Made by a program: the position numbers and the translations under genes. The notes under the pieces were generated by a model that was not told the DNA's origin, ran no database searches, and saw only the letters and a program-made list of their open reading frames with translations. A stretch of 63,803 nucleotides of DNA, filler included, from Choristocarpus tenellus KU-1152 (lineage: Eukaryota > Protista > Phaeophyceae): assembly GCA_964200185.2 (NCBI GenBank). It is 13 parts of 13 records of this genome, joined end to end, with 100 filler letters (N's around TTAATTAATTAA, not from the genome) between each part and the next. Parts side by side here need not be neighbours in the genome. Positions count along the whole stretch, not along the records: positions 5,391 to 12,280 come from CAXNAD020007135.1; positions 12,381 to 16,544 come from CAXNAD020015896.1; positions 16,645 to 21,243 come from CAXNAD020013847.1; positions 21,344 to 24,542 come from CAXNAD020021600.1; 9 more parts are not named here. One strand, given 5' to 3'. The first letter of the stretch is position 1. Every line of letters begins with the position of its first letter. Of this stretch, positions 11,166 to 24,040 are shown piece by piece.

Positions 11166-12602
11166 ATGGAAAGCGACCAATAATGGGTACCTGTCGTTTA
11201 CTTTCGCTCATTTGTGTATTTTGCTACCACCAAAGAGGAGATACTTTACGATATCTATTTGTATCTTGTGTGATGCACCTACTATCTAGCACTCAAAAAT
11301 GAGCTACAATACCATATGTATAGTTTTCATTTGTTTCCCCCCTGACACATCCGCAAAATGTCAGAGGGCATAATAATAATTATAATACCAGATTTTGTGC
11401 ACTCCTCCTGGTGTGATGCGCAAATTTTGAAACAGTCAGAGTTAAACTCATGACGAGAATTGTCTACTATTTTAACAAGTAAGTGTTCTCCATTTTTGGT
11501 TTGATGCAATTATATATTATTATGCCCTCTGACATTTTGTAGATGTGATGCAATTATTTTGTCAGCGTCAGAGAGGAGGCACATTTCAAATATATTTTCA
11601 CTTCTACTACTGTGATTTTCCTGTTATCTAACCTTCATGGGTAAACTACATTATTAGATGTTCTCGTTCCATATTTGAGGTACATATTTTGTGACAATCA
11701 AAGAAAACCTACATACGAGAATAGTCCATTCTCGTGTGATGTACTTCGCAGTACATAAAATAATGTAGCTCCTAGTCTGGTAGTCTGGCGTGTTACCTCT
11801 CATGCTACCTCTCATGCTCCTAGTCTCCTAGTCTGGCGTGTTACCTCTCATGCTACCTCTCGTGCTCCCTTGTGTACATGCAATTAACTTTCAAAGATAA
11901 CTACATCACAAGAGTTGTGCATTTCTGATGTGACATAACATTTTTATAATCGTCCAAGATAAGGTATATTATCACAGTTCTCCATTTCTGGGTGTGATGT
12001 ACCTTTTTTGCTACCGGCAAAGAAAAGAGGAGGTAAATTTCAATGTATATTTGTTTCTGACAGTGACGTACCTAGTATCTGACCTTCAAAATATAAGCAA
12101 TATTACGAGAATTGTGCGTTTCTGATGTGATATACTGGTTTTGTAATCATCGAAATATGTTTCGGTAGGAGAGTTTTTGTTCTGTGGTTGTGATGTACGT
12201 ACATTGTGACCATCAAATAACGGTGGATTTCAAAAATTGAGGATGGAGCGTACTATGGAGGATGGGTTTGACCGAAAATGNNNNNNNNNNNNNNNNNNNN
12301 NNNNNNNNNNNNNNNNNNNNNNNNTTAATTAATTAANNNNNNNNNNNNNNNNNNNNNNNNNNNNNNNNNNNNNNNNNNNNAAACCCGCCCCATCCCACCA
12401 AATCCCACCAAAAAAGCGAAATGCAAAAAAAGGGTGAAAAAAGGACGCCGGCCCTCCCCCCCCCCCAGATGCTTTGACCCATAGCATTGACCCATTTCCT
12501 TGCCTTGATCACCCAGTTACAAACAAACGCCACCCCATGGCATCACCAGGGAAAACCTCGTTGTAAACGATGATTCGATCACACGACAACCTTTGCACAG
12601 TG

Positions 12603-12641
<39 letters not shown>

Positions 12642-12659
12642 TTAGTAACGAGAATGATG

Positions 12660-13441
12660 ATAATGATGGTGGAATCCCTATCAAGAGTCTCCTTCAACAA
12701 ACCCTTTGTAAGGAGATGAGCATGTTCAACTTCTGTTTGCCAAGTACTGAGTAACACTTCTGTAAGGCGATCTTCCCTTATCTTCACGTTTCTAGTACAA
12801 ACCATGTCGGACACGATTGAGCTCTGTCCCCCCCCCCCAGGCAACAATCTATCTATCTGTCTGTCAATATTTTGCAACACCAACACAGAGTACTCCTGAC
12901 AAGACAAGATGGTTGTGTGAACATGTGCCCCTGCCTGAGGAAAATGACCTCTTTACCTACTTCACTCGGAGGGATATACTCTGTCCCACGAGTTCAAAAG
13001 TGCAACCACTTTCTTCTTGTTGATCATCAGTCCATATATTGACATAGTCAGTGTTGGAGCAGCCAATCAGCTGCTCTCTCTGTTCATCTCCAAGGGAGTC
13101 AACAATCTCCAAGGGAGTCAACAATCTCCAAGGGAGTCAACGTGATTCAGAGGTTGGCAAGCTTGCATTTTAAGGATCTTTAGATATGCCAAAAGACATG
13201 CCTTTTTTTATGACTGTGAGAAGGGCCCCTTTCCTGAACTGTGACGTCACCTTCTTTGTGGAAAGGAGGGAGTATGGATTTTTTTATAATTTTTTTGGAC
13301 ATGAAGAAAAAAAAATGTAGGTTGTGTTGCCCAGGGTAAAAAGAAAATGACTTCAAGTGCAAAATGGCCTAAAACTGCCTTGGTATCAATTACAGTTAGT
13401 CAAGAACGCAATGTCCTATTCTCTAGTGCCCTATAGATAAC

Positions 13442-13485
<44 letters not shown>

Positions 13486-16400
13486 TCAGCCAACCTGACA
13501 ATCTTGGATCCTCAACACATGGTGTCAGCTCATGGACTTTGAAAGACACGTTAGACCTAATCTTAATAGCAACCCAGTATGTTCCTCCCACCATGGACCT
13601 ATAGCCATCGAAACAGGTCCCTCCATCTCTCATTTGCCGGCGATTGTTAGTAGTTCTCTTCTGGTGCAAATGCCCTGCTGTGAAGTCTTCTGGTTTCCCA
13701 CGTGCAAGGTCAGGTCTACATCAAGTGTACCAATTTTCCACTCTACACTGACCCTGCCCCTTAAGCTTGAGCTCCTCCCCCAAGTTACCTCTGAAGTAGT
13801 TGAATGATATATCCACCGGGTGTGTCAGTCCTCTTTCCTCAGTCAGTATCCCTCCATCCATCCATATGCACATCCTTGATCATCCAACAGTGCATACACA
13901 CACAAGCAGGCATTCCAGTTCCTAGACGCTTTAAACCCCATATAGAGACTTCTACAACAGCCCGAGTCCTGCCCCATCAAGCCTTGTTCCTCCCTCTGGT
14001 AGCTCGACATAAAGGGGGTCTCCTAAGTCAGCCCGGGTGTACGCCTTCTTCCCACCGTTGTGGATCAAGTCATAGTTCTTCTTGGGCTTATTTATTGTAG
14101 TACATCCAAGGCGACCAAGGCCAGGTGTACCAACATTCCACCCGACTGAACCTTCTCCACATCATCACTTAACGGATGTATATTTCAGTTTAGTTGGCGT
14201 TATGATACAAGTAAAGAATGAAATGGTTGACACACATATGACACACATATGAGGGGTATCAAGTCTCTCGATTTGTTCTGAAATTTTATTATCATTATTA
14301 TTATTATTATCATTATTATTATTTTTATTATTATCATTATGCCATCTGACACCTCCAGGTGTGTCGCAGGACAGGGGGGGAAGGTGGGGGACAGAGACCA
14401 AACCTATATGACAAGAACTGTGGATATAATAATAATAATAATAATAGTTGTCGTTGCTATGATACCATGGTCTAAATTGTCAGCCCAAAGGGTTTTTTTG
14501 TTTTGTTTATTTGGTACCTTGCAGTCTGTGTGAAATCGTTCCACTGCTTGAGGTAATTTCTTGCCGTAATACCACTCCTCACTCCTGCAAGCTTCAACTT
14601 CTTCGTCGGCGGATTAATGTCCCTCATGGACCATGTTCTCCCATTCAAGGAAATTTCCCAGCCATTGTGCAACGAGCTAAGGTAGTAAGTACATGGTCAA
14701 CACGTGCCGCCATGGAGATGCCTCATGCAACTGCCAGAGCGAGTTTGATATTTCTCTCTTTTGAATCATGGCGATGAAGACATTCCTTACAGACCTGGGG
14801 TACAGGTTCCTTGTTCGTTTTGTTCACAAGCACACATAATCTTACGACAAACCCGAAGGTAGTTACGGCCTCTGGTAGGCCAAGTTTTCGGAGCTGAACT
14901 GAAAGATTCCGTGGACCCATTGACCTTCCCATTTCCCGTCGCTTGGACTGCTTCAACCTAGCCCATCATTGTTGTTGCACTAGCGAGGGCCATGGATGTG
15001 GGTTGCTGGTAGAGGACTTCAGTATTATGAGGGTTGAGATCAACGGGCTTAGGGTTAGGGTGTATCTGGACGTGAAGTATCCCCTCTGCCGTTGCTTGTT
15101 GGGTGCTTGTTGGGTGCTTTTCCCTGCAGTAGTAGGTGGTCGGGCTTGTCATGGATGTTATTAGAAGAGGCACTCTGTCTGGCTCTCTTGGCACTGAACC
15201 CTTTCATGTTTTCAAGCCAGCCATACCTTAATGGGGGGTTACACCTCATGGCTTGACTGAGGAGGAAAATATGTGCACCTTGGGATTCGGAGCACAGTGA
15301 TCAAGGAGATGGAACAGCCCAGTAGCCCAACCCTAACCCAACTCCCTACTGCGGGAGGATGAGGACAGAGTGAGAGAGCAGTACACAAATGCGTTGTGAT
15401 TGAGATGACCACTCAGGGAGAGCACACGATTGGTGAAGTGATGGCCCACGGATTATGCTGGGAAGGTTCCCAGCCTCCGATTTTTGTCAAAGAGTGGTAC
15501 CTCAGTGTTTAACACTAGGGTTAGGGCTCTCCTTGGCGCTGCTGCTGCTGCTGCTGCTGTTCTTGCTCCCACCATGTCCCGTCCTTGTGAGCAATCAATT
15601 GCCCAACCCGATTGGTTAGAATCCCTGTGTGTTCAGAGGCTCCCTCTCACGCCTGTTCCAAGTCAGGTATACATCTCTCTCAGTCATCCCTGACCCAATA
15701 ATGTGGCAAGTGTCTGGTGGCTGTAGGCCGTTGTCTGTCATGCTTGTCTGTCATGCTTGTCTGTCATGGTTCTGAACCACGGTGGACAGTGTCGTCATGG
15801 TTCTCAACCACGATGGACAGTGTTGTCATGGTTCTGAACCATGATGGACAGTTTTGTCATGGTTCTGAACCACGATGGACAGTGTTGTCATGCTTCTGAA
15901 CCACGATGGACAGTGTTGTCATGCTTCTGAACCACGATGGACAGTGTTGTCATGCTTCTGAACCACGATGGACAGTGTCGTCATGTCTTGAGAGAAATCT
16001 TACCACCGGCCTCAAACGCCTCACCAACTTGCAGTAACTCTCTGTCGACCTATATCCGCTGCCTCTCTATGGAGAAGCTTCCTGTGGGTTTTTAGCCAAT
16101 GCAGGAAGTGCTCGTGTAGAGCTTGCACTTACTCTTCAGAATACCATTGTAGGACAGCAGTGTCATCCCAGAGATGAGCTAGGATTGGCACCTTCCCTGA
16201 GTCTTTGATTGGTCGTCTCAATTCAGAGGGTCACACAACCCCATCCCAACATGATCCATGAGTTTAGAACATTGTTTAGAGACTCCTTTGGGAAGTACTT
16301 GTAGGCTGTCTTCACTTCACTAGTTCCATGAAGAACATGCGCGGTATAGGCTAGGTAGTCAGTCCATAGTGTCTTACGTGTTTAGCGACCAACACTGAAC
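12660..16400 (-). mobile_element. Decayed Ty1/Copia pol (post-integrase region, RT, RNase H)
   Basis: Minus-strand motifs in Copia order: KSLYGFKASRNWN (~13910-13950), YRSMVGGTYWVAIKIRSNVSF (~13540-13600), KKVVAL..EYI..KEVIFLRQ (~12930-13020), HAHLLTKGL (~12700-12725); many stops, frameshifts and microsatellite insertions. Confidence 0.82.
15762..15985. repeat. 31-bp minisatellite x ~7
   Basis: Unit GTCATG(G/C)TTCTGAACCACGATGGACAGTGTT in tandem, no spacers. Confidence 0.95.
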
Positions 16401-18108
16401 AACAGAAGTGTTGACTCAGTAGTTTAATTTGAACTTATAAGTGACTGACGCCGTGTAACTGTCATGTAACTGTCACAAACATATTTCAAACGTATTTCTG
16501 ACGTGTTTGATGACGAATGCATTAGTTAACAAGGGAGAGCACCCNNNNNNNNNNNNNNNNNNNNNNNNNNNNNNNNNNNNNNNNNNNNTTAATTAATTAA
16601 NNNNNNNNNNNNNNNNNNNNNNNNNNNNNNNNNNNNNNNNNNNNCCCCTCCCCCAGATACTTTGACCCAGAGGAGAGAAGTGACAAACGAAGCGACTCAA
16701 TCAAGAGCCATCTCCGGGACTGCATAATAAGCCATGAGGAGTTTGTAGCGTGATTGTTATAAGCATCCAATGGGGAAGGGAAAATAGATGCCATGAAATC
16801 AGCCCAGGCAGGCATTGGCGGGTACTCTTAGACCGGCCTGTGTAAGTGGTGATTAGAGATGTGTAGGATGTCAAGAACCAAGCCAAAGTGTAGCGGTTCA
16901 GGATGTATCAACTCACTGATAAGCCTTTACTTTAACACTTTCAAAGCCACACCACCCCTGGAGTAGGTGGAATCGCAAAATGGTCTATGCTGGTGTGATC
17001 GTGTTGTGTTGTGTGATTTCATGAACCATTCGTTTGCTACAGTGAGAAATATTATTACCAGGACTCTGAAGGTGAGAACGGGCAGCCCAGAGGAATTAAG
17101 TGGAAGCAGGTGCTGGCTACTTGTGCAGACCCCAGAACCAAAATCGTTAATGAATGAGATTCCACAGAATGGGAACAAATAAACTTGGAGGATGATGAGG
17201 TTGGATTTTCTAGTCATTTTGTGGAGGAGAAACACAGGAGGCGGAGAAAAGTGCTATGGTGAAACCAAGCCCACGTCCACAACATATTGCCAGGTCTTGA
17301 CTGGGAACAGTCCTAGAAAACATACAAGGGGAGTTCTGCTGATGGTTTAGGGATATTGGAACACACAGTCAGGGAGCACATGCAAGAAGCAGCTCATGTG
17401 GAGCTTGATGCCTTCAAGGTTGCAGGGAGGGCTCCCAATAATTTATGTCCATATATGGACTTGAGGTTTACATCAATCCCATCAAGTGGTGGTAAGAAAG
17501 GAGCTCAAAATTTACACGCCTGGTCAAACTTGCACGCTGCATTTTGACCATTCCTGCTATATGAGCAAACTCAGAGCACACGTTCTGTATAGGTGGGAAT
17601 ATTGTGACTTCGAAATGGAACAGGCTGGACCGAGGAAGTGTGTCATCCTAGTGTTCCTTCCGTAGCACCTGGCTGAATGAAGGTGGATGGATGAGAGGTT
17701 GTGAAGAAAGGCAACAGGGAAAATACCACGAGAAGGAGGCTGTAGTGGGATTAATCCATTTAATTGCTGTTTGCCGTTTAGGTATTTGTAGTAGAAAATG
17801 TCTCTTTCCTCGTTCCATGACTCTCCCCTTGAAAATTTCCCAGTCTCTTTTTCTTTTCAAAACATCAACACACACATGTAAAAGCTTCTCATACATCACA
17901 TCATGAAAGGGTATATAGTAGCAGTGGGAAAGGACACCAAAGTTCTGTATAGACTGATACGTAAATACAATACACTCTATGTTATTATTTTTAGTGAATA
18001 TCATCTAACAAGCTGTAGTACACCATATAGCTATAGCAAGGGACGACAAAATATTCAATATAGGCATGGAGGACAGACTGGAAATATGGCGTCATCCAAT
18101 GACCTCTG

Positions 18109-18924
18109 TCAGACTGATGGTTGTTTCGAGACTACAGGGAAGCCATCAGGACCTAGAATGCACCAGTCGGGCACCTCTCGCAGGAATTCACTCCTGCAAA
18201 AGTAATAATGTCGTCCATTCTTTGCTGAGCATGCGTTGCAGACACTTGGAGATTTGCCCTCCTCTTCAACTAAACTTGTTTGAGGGTTCATCTTGTAGCT
18301 CAGGGCGAGACTTCCTGCTAGCTCCCCCCAACAGTTAACTACTTCAGTGTTGGCACCAGCCCTTTCGAGCATATTCATGGTAGTACTGTGGCCTCCTCGA
18401 GTGGCCATATGTAGGGCGGTTTCTCGCTCCTGATCCAAAGCATCTACCTCCCCGCCAAATTCCAAGATTAGAGCAACGACGTCTCTCCTTCCCTGGCTCG
18501 CAGCGTACATTGTTGGTGTGCGACCACTCATGTCCTTCGATTCAGTGTCTGCGCCTGCATTGAGAAGTACTGTAGCAACACTTGAGAAACCGTTCTTACA
18601 TGCGATATGAAGTGGGGTCCGGCGATAATAGTCTCTTGCATCGACAATGGCACCATGCTCAATGAGAGTTACTACAAGGTCCGGCGACTCTTTCAAGTCG
18701 CTGGCGAAGTGAAGAGTGGTCCACGATCCTCCAGCGCTGGAGTCTACTTGTGCACCAAACTCTAGTAAGAAAGCTACGACCTTGGGCTTGTGCCATAGGC
18801 AGGCCTCAAGAAGCAAAGTGCTATGGTATCGGCCCCCGCGAGCTTCGATGGAGCATTCTCCTTCTTCAATATATTGCTTAAGGTCGGCTAGGTTGCCTTT
18901 GCGTACGGCCCTGCTTTGGTTCAT
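18109..18924 (-). CDS. Ankyrin-repeat protein (about 5-6 repeats)
   Basis: 271-aa ATG ORF with TTLHFA, RTPLHIAC, GRTPTMYAA, ETALHMA and LLxxGA motifs; 3' end could instead splice at GAG|GTGCC near 18175. Confidence 0.9.
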   Translation of the reverse strand: MNQSRAVRKGNLADLKQYIEEGECSIEARGGRYHSTLLLEACLWHKPKVVAFLLEFGAQVDSSAGGSWTTLHFASDLKESPDLVVTLIEHGAIVDARDYYRRTPLHIACKNGFSSVATVLLNAGADTESKDMSGRTPTMYAASQGRRDVVALILEFGGEVDALDQERETALHMATRGGHSTTMNMLERAGANTEVVNCWGELAGSLALSYKMNPQTSLVEEEGKSPSVCNACSAKNGRHYYFCRSEFLREVPDWCILGPDGFPVVSKQPSV

Positions 18925-20029
18925 GGATTCCGAGCGAGATAGATCGGTGCGTGGACGAACAATTTATCAGTATCGAGTTTTATAGAAGTGGTGTGGGAAA
19001 GAGAAGTGTACACAAACTTCTTCACCTGAATGCTTCTTCACTTCTGGATGGCATCACTGCTAGGTTTCTCCTCACCCACACATACCATTTACGCCATCTA
19101 CTGGCAGAATAACACTTCGCTGGACTCAATCTGAGAGTTTACTTTAGTGATGATGAACAAATCAAACGCAGCAGGAGAAACCTGTTTCAAGTCGAGACAA
19201 GTTAGTATTACGAGGAAAATGTTTTTGTTAAACAGTTTTGATACAACAATTTTCAAGTTGATCTACAATATATATATAGTATTTTAGAAATGAACTGTTC
19301 CAATTTTTTTGGTGTTGTCCATGTGAAACGGAATGTGCGGCCAGATAGCGGGCCAATTGGATCCCTTTCCGAGAGGACACCATCCTCTCTCACTTTATCA
19401 CATTTTGTGACCTACCAATTTCTGATGGTTTTGAATTGAAGACTATTATTACATGTAAAATAGTCATGCCAACATCTTAGCGCACGTCCAACTTATGCAA
19501 GGGGCATCCTTCAAACAAAGCAGACCTAAAATAGGCAAGTCAGTCAACATCAGTGAACAATGCATGCCATTTTGGCTTGGAACAAATAATTGTCGTTGTT
19601 CTCGATTTTATGGCAAATTAGGAATGTCTTGATTAATATTGGGCAGACAAACATATCTCAAAGTGGACAGACATCCCATACCAAACATGGTGAGAACCCG
19701 GTTTGTGGTGATAAATAGCCAGGCAGCGCCGCCCTTCCCGTGTACCCCTGCGGATTTTGGCTATGGTGTGCACAGCGAAGGGTTACTGTCTCATCCCTGC
19801 CGTCGCACCAGGACCACCACACACCTCCCTGCGCATATTATGTCTGTGTGAACACCACCTTCATAGAATTTCTGAATCTGTGGATACAGATGGGGATGAT
19901 GAGATGAAGAGACTGTGATTTGATTTTCACAATCCCGAGGACAAGAAGGGCGACAAGGACACCAGTGACAAGACTGTCGTTGTAATATGTACTTTTTCTC
20001 GTCGAACTGGAATAATCTTCTTGACAGTG

Positions 20030-20800
20030 ACGCGTTACAGATAGATGTCTGGTACGGGTTTGGCTTTGGGGGAAAGTGACACCAACAAGGTCAGAGACAG
20101 TGCCTAGTCCAGCATGGCAAAGTGCAACTATAAGAATAAGGATACATCAGGTGGTGCCGAAAAACGGAAAGCAATTGATTACCTTTGGTCTATAAAGTCC
20201 CAGACTTGCTAGGTGGACATAAGATAAATCAAGTCAGTATAGCAGTTTGGTACTGGTATAGGACCATCGCACTAATTGGAGTCAGCAAGAAAGAGCTTCA
20301 GAAGCAGCTCCTTGAAAGCGGAATGGGCGACGAGGAGGTGATTCGGAAACCACGGCACCAAGGGGAGAGGTTTTGTACTTGCTATGTGTGCGTTGTGGAA
20401 CATATGTCTGCACTACTACTGTTTATGTCTTGCAACTGGTGTCCAGTTATGAAGGATGTAGTTGAGGCCTTGGCACAGAAAGTAACGGGTGGGCTACTGG
20501 AAATAGCTTGTGTCAAAAGCGGGAGTAGCAAGGCTGATGAGAAAGGGAGTGAATTGTCAGATGATGAGACAGAGACACAGGGTGGTGATGGTGGTGATGG
20601 TGGTGGTGGTGGTGGTTGAAGGACGAGTTTTCCTCCGCCTCCCGTTGTTGAAGTTCTATCACATCTTCTTGATTTTGAGGCGAAGGCTAAAGAGAGTAAA
20701 CCAGAATGTGCCAGCACAGGGCTGCACAAGACGAAAATGGACTTCTTAAGTGGTTTTGATTCAAAACCTGCGATGCAAATGGATTCTAGACTAATCCTTA
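20030..20800 (+). pseudogene. Probable pogo/Tigger-type transposase C-terminal remnant
   Basis: PPPPVVEVLSHLLDFE...GLHKTKMDFLSGFDSKPAMQMDSR recalls C-termini of brown-algal Tigger-like transposases (from memory, unverified); in-frame stop at 20617-20619. Confidence 0.45.
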
Positions 20801-21343
20801 GCTACATGTGTTGTTGTGATGTGTTATTCCTGTTCTCTGCACCAAAAGTTTTGAATTATATCTCCACACACATGGCATTGCAGGGAGGTGCAACAACTGA
20901 CAACACCATACCTGACTGGAAAATACAAGTCATAAACATGTGGATCACCCCATTTAATAAATATTAATATTTTGAGCTGTTACAGTTTTTTGGAAATTCC
21001 TACTTTCAAACATGTCAGGCCCCCACATGGCGACACGTACATGCCTTAATTGAGATCTACTATTTCCAGTGAGTGACGTATTCTTCGGTGTGGTGTGTGT
21101 TTTTGACTTGACAAAAGCGTGCCTTTAAAAGGTACCCCCACCCTGGGTCAAAGTATCTGGGGAGGGGGGGGGGGGGGGGTGAACGGGCGGACCGCGCTCT
21201 CGACGCCGGCCCGCAACTTGTTTCACAGTCCCGCACCCAGGCCNNNNNNNNNNNNNNNNNNNNNNNNNNNNNNNNNNNNNNNNNNNNTTAATTAATTAAN
21301 NNNNNNNNNNNNNNNNNNNNNNNNNNNNNNNNNNNNNNNNNNN

Positions 21344-21430
21344 GACTGGGAACCTCACTCGGTACCACGGTATAACGGTATATGGAATACGGCAACAACA
21401 GTATAATGACAGACAAACATGCTTTCCACA
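21344..21430 (-). mobile_element. Family D LTR 5' end (truncated by contig end)
   Basis: Reverse complement starts TGTGGAAAGCATGTTTGTCTG. Confidence 0.75.
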
Positions 21431-21674
21431 GTAGTATTTATCACAAATGTGGAAGATATCTTTCCAAATTAATTGAATATTTGAATAAAACTTATGTATA
21501 TATACTACAGCACTTGTGATATAGATCCTATGTCGCTTGGCAGGTGATCAACTAATCATGTCGAAAATTCTGGAGTTCCGGCAGGTAGAAGATTGGATGA
21601 GCGGTACAACGCTATACATTTACCCCCCAACCGTACAACCAATTAATTGCATATGCTACCAACAGTAGTTTCAT

Positions 21675-21745
21675 TTTATTATTATGCCCTCTGACATTTT
21701 GCAGATGTGACAGGGGGGAAACCAATGAAAATTATATGTATGTAT
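21675..21745 (-). mobile_element. CRE-like 3'-end stub (hairpin + tail); representative of many
   Basis: TATTATGCCCTCTGACATTTTGCAGATGTGACAGGGGGGAAACCAATGAAAA; similar stubs at ~595-655, 1905-1975, 8445-8525, 11313-11385, 11516-11550, 38460-38495, 46820-46860 and 52449-52560. Confidence 0.8.
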
Positions 21746-22189
21746 ATAAAAAACATATTCTTGTTCATACTCCATACCTCCAAAAAAAATAACCTTAATA
21801 ATATATAATAAGCCCTGTAAGAACGAAAACATTGGACAGTTTCTTGGATGGTTCCTGACGCCCTCTCCCAACTTGTAAAGTCTACCTTAAGTTTGAAATA
21901 AAATAATGAACAGATTGTTTAGTAGCAAACAATTCTCTTGAACGGGACACTTTTTTTTGTCAGCGATAGAGGAACATATTTCTCCGTCACACATACAATA
22001 AAATATCAGAAAATGTGCGAGGGTGAATGATCAAAACCACAACAATATAAACCTGTTCATAAAATACAAATAGTATAAACATACTGTTTGACATTTTGAA
22101 GATGTGTGAAGGAGGGGGGGGGGGGTAACCAAAGATCAAACTAATATCACTTAACATCTTATATGCACAGGGGAATAACGCCTTCTTCG

Positions 22190-22654
22190 GGAGTACCACC
22201 ATTTTCCGAACCATTTTGACGTTATTTCATTGCAGAGCCTTTTCGCATCATTTTCAAAACATTGTTGCACCTTTCTTGTGGATGTTTTAAAGATATTTTC
22301 CCGTCGTTTTATAGCGATATTTCTTGGACAGTCATGTTTTGTTTGGGGGATGTGGCAGTGCACAGGGGAGATCCTCTGTCTTCGGGAGCCCCGCCCCCAC
22401 TGTCCTTGGGGAGTCCCCACTGTAATATTTTGTTCAACTTCTTCGCACGCACTTTTGGAACCTAACCCTACAACCCTAACGATAACCCTGACCCTTACCA
22501 AAAACGTGGTACAGAGTGGTCTAATCATGCCCGAAAACATCCCCAAAAACATGACCAAATGTCCAAGAAATATCGCCAAAATTACGTGAAAAATGCCTTA
22601 AAACGTTCCCAAAAACGAATCAAAATGGTTCAAAAATGAAGTGAGAAGTAGTCC
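22190..22654. mobile_element. Degenerate MITE with long imperfect TIRs
   Basis: GAACCATTTTGA / TCAAAATGGTTC and GCGATATTTCTTGGACA / TGTCCAAGAAATATCGC inverted pairs; CCCTAA-like motifs inside. Confidence 0.65.
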
Positions 22655-23744
22655 ACTAGGTGTTCCCCAAGCCTGTGGGTACTCCCGAAGAAGTCCTAGC
22701 TCCCCAGTGCACATCAACAACTGTGAGTGGCAAGTATGCACACGGACAGCGCCAAGAAAGGAAAGGTTCAAAGTTGCCTTACCTTGGATTTGGAGAAGAT
22801 GAGGGGTGCCTCCTCATAGAAGTTTTATTCATGCAGGGTGAAAACTGTACCATAACAATAAATTAGAATATTCTGGATATCACACACCCCTCAGGTGCTT
22901 TTCGATAAAGTCAAAGATCAACCTTGAATGAACCCATACGTTCATAACAATAATGTTCTCCGTCAACCACCCATCTTCCTGGTTGACTGGCTATCAACAC
23001 ATCCAGACACCGTCTTTCAGCATCATCATCAATCTGCAGGGTTAGGGATTGGAGCTACATGTCCTTGAAGGTAAGCTGCTGGGAGCGTTCTTAACATGAA
23101 GGCCATACCTTGTCTCGGCTCACACCTGATGGGACCTTTGATAGCTCATTCACAGGACCTCGATTCAATTCTCCATGGTTTTGTTGGCCCCATGGAACTT
23201 GTAGCACTGGGGATGATCCGGATGAAGACGATCAGATGAAGAGGCTGCGCTTCGATTCTCTCATTCCCGATTAGTATAACTCTTGTGAGGAGAAGAGTGG
23301 CAACGGCAAAGAGTGGCGACGACAACAGTGATGATGAATCTGTCAATTGTGTCAGTGACTTCTCCTAATAGAAATAACCTTGTTGCTGACAACTAGTTGC
23401 AGCTGTCCGACATGGGGTTTACATCAGGAACAATATTCGAAAATAAGGTTGGGGGCAGTACCTTGTCTAGCCCAGAAATGTGCAAAGGGAAAAGCAAGGA
23501 CAATACAATGTGTCGACGAAAGGAGGTGATTATCATCGTCGGAGAAAGGTGGTTTGTTTGCTGGACTTGCTAGGAACAAGATGAACCACGGTGATACAGC
23601 CAAGGGACACAGTGTTGGTGTGAGGACGTCTCTAGAACTTGGTTCTATGAGTAGGAGATTGGGAAGAAACTTCTTTTCAGTGGAAAGGGTGACGAGAAGT
23701 TAGTTAGGAAACCACAACACCCAGAGGTAAACATCCATAACTGG

Positions 23745-24040
23745 ATGTGGTCAGTATACCAATCAAGTTTTAAGGTCTGAGAGTATGGGATCAGCATATC
23801 AATCAGCTAGAAATCCAGGCAAGAGGTATGTATAAGACTCTTGTATCTTTTATATCAGAGGATACTCAGAATAGGGATATGAGGAGCAAACGTAATGCGA
23901 TATCAATAAACTATTTGACTAGCGTTTGTGATCTGACATTGCTATACGAGTGTTATACGATGATTTTGATCAACACTCTGATGTGTGAAAAAAACAAGCG
24001 CGTGTTACATGATCAATATCAACACAGCAGACAACAAGAT
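23745..24040 (-). repeat. Dispersed repeat family F
   Basis: Reverse complement aligns with 51523-51830 (e.g. CTGATTGATATGCT.ATCCCATACTCTCAGACCT). Confidence 0.75.

Larger units (their letters stand above)
5600..12220. repeat. Foldback array of degenerate ~60-bp subunits, symmetry centre ~7462, interrupted by nested TEs
   Basis: GTAGCTYATCTTTGACCGTTACAAAATTGGTACATCAC-like units at 5600-6960; reverse-complement units at 7463-7830, 10215-10570 and 11170-12220; centre ACATCAC-T-GTGATGT. Confidence 0.75.

Noticed and set aside
15762-15985. CRISPR-like 31-bp palindromic repeats
   Set aside because: Units are contiguous with no unique spacers, there are no cas genes, and the context is eukaryotic.
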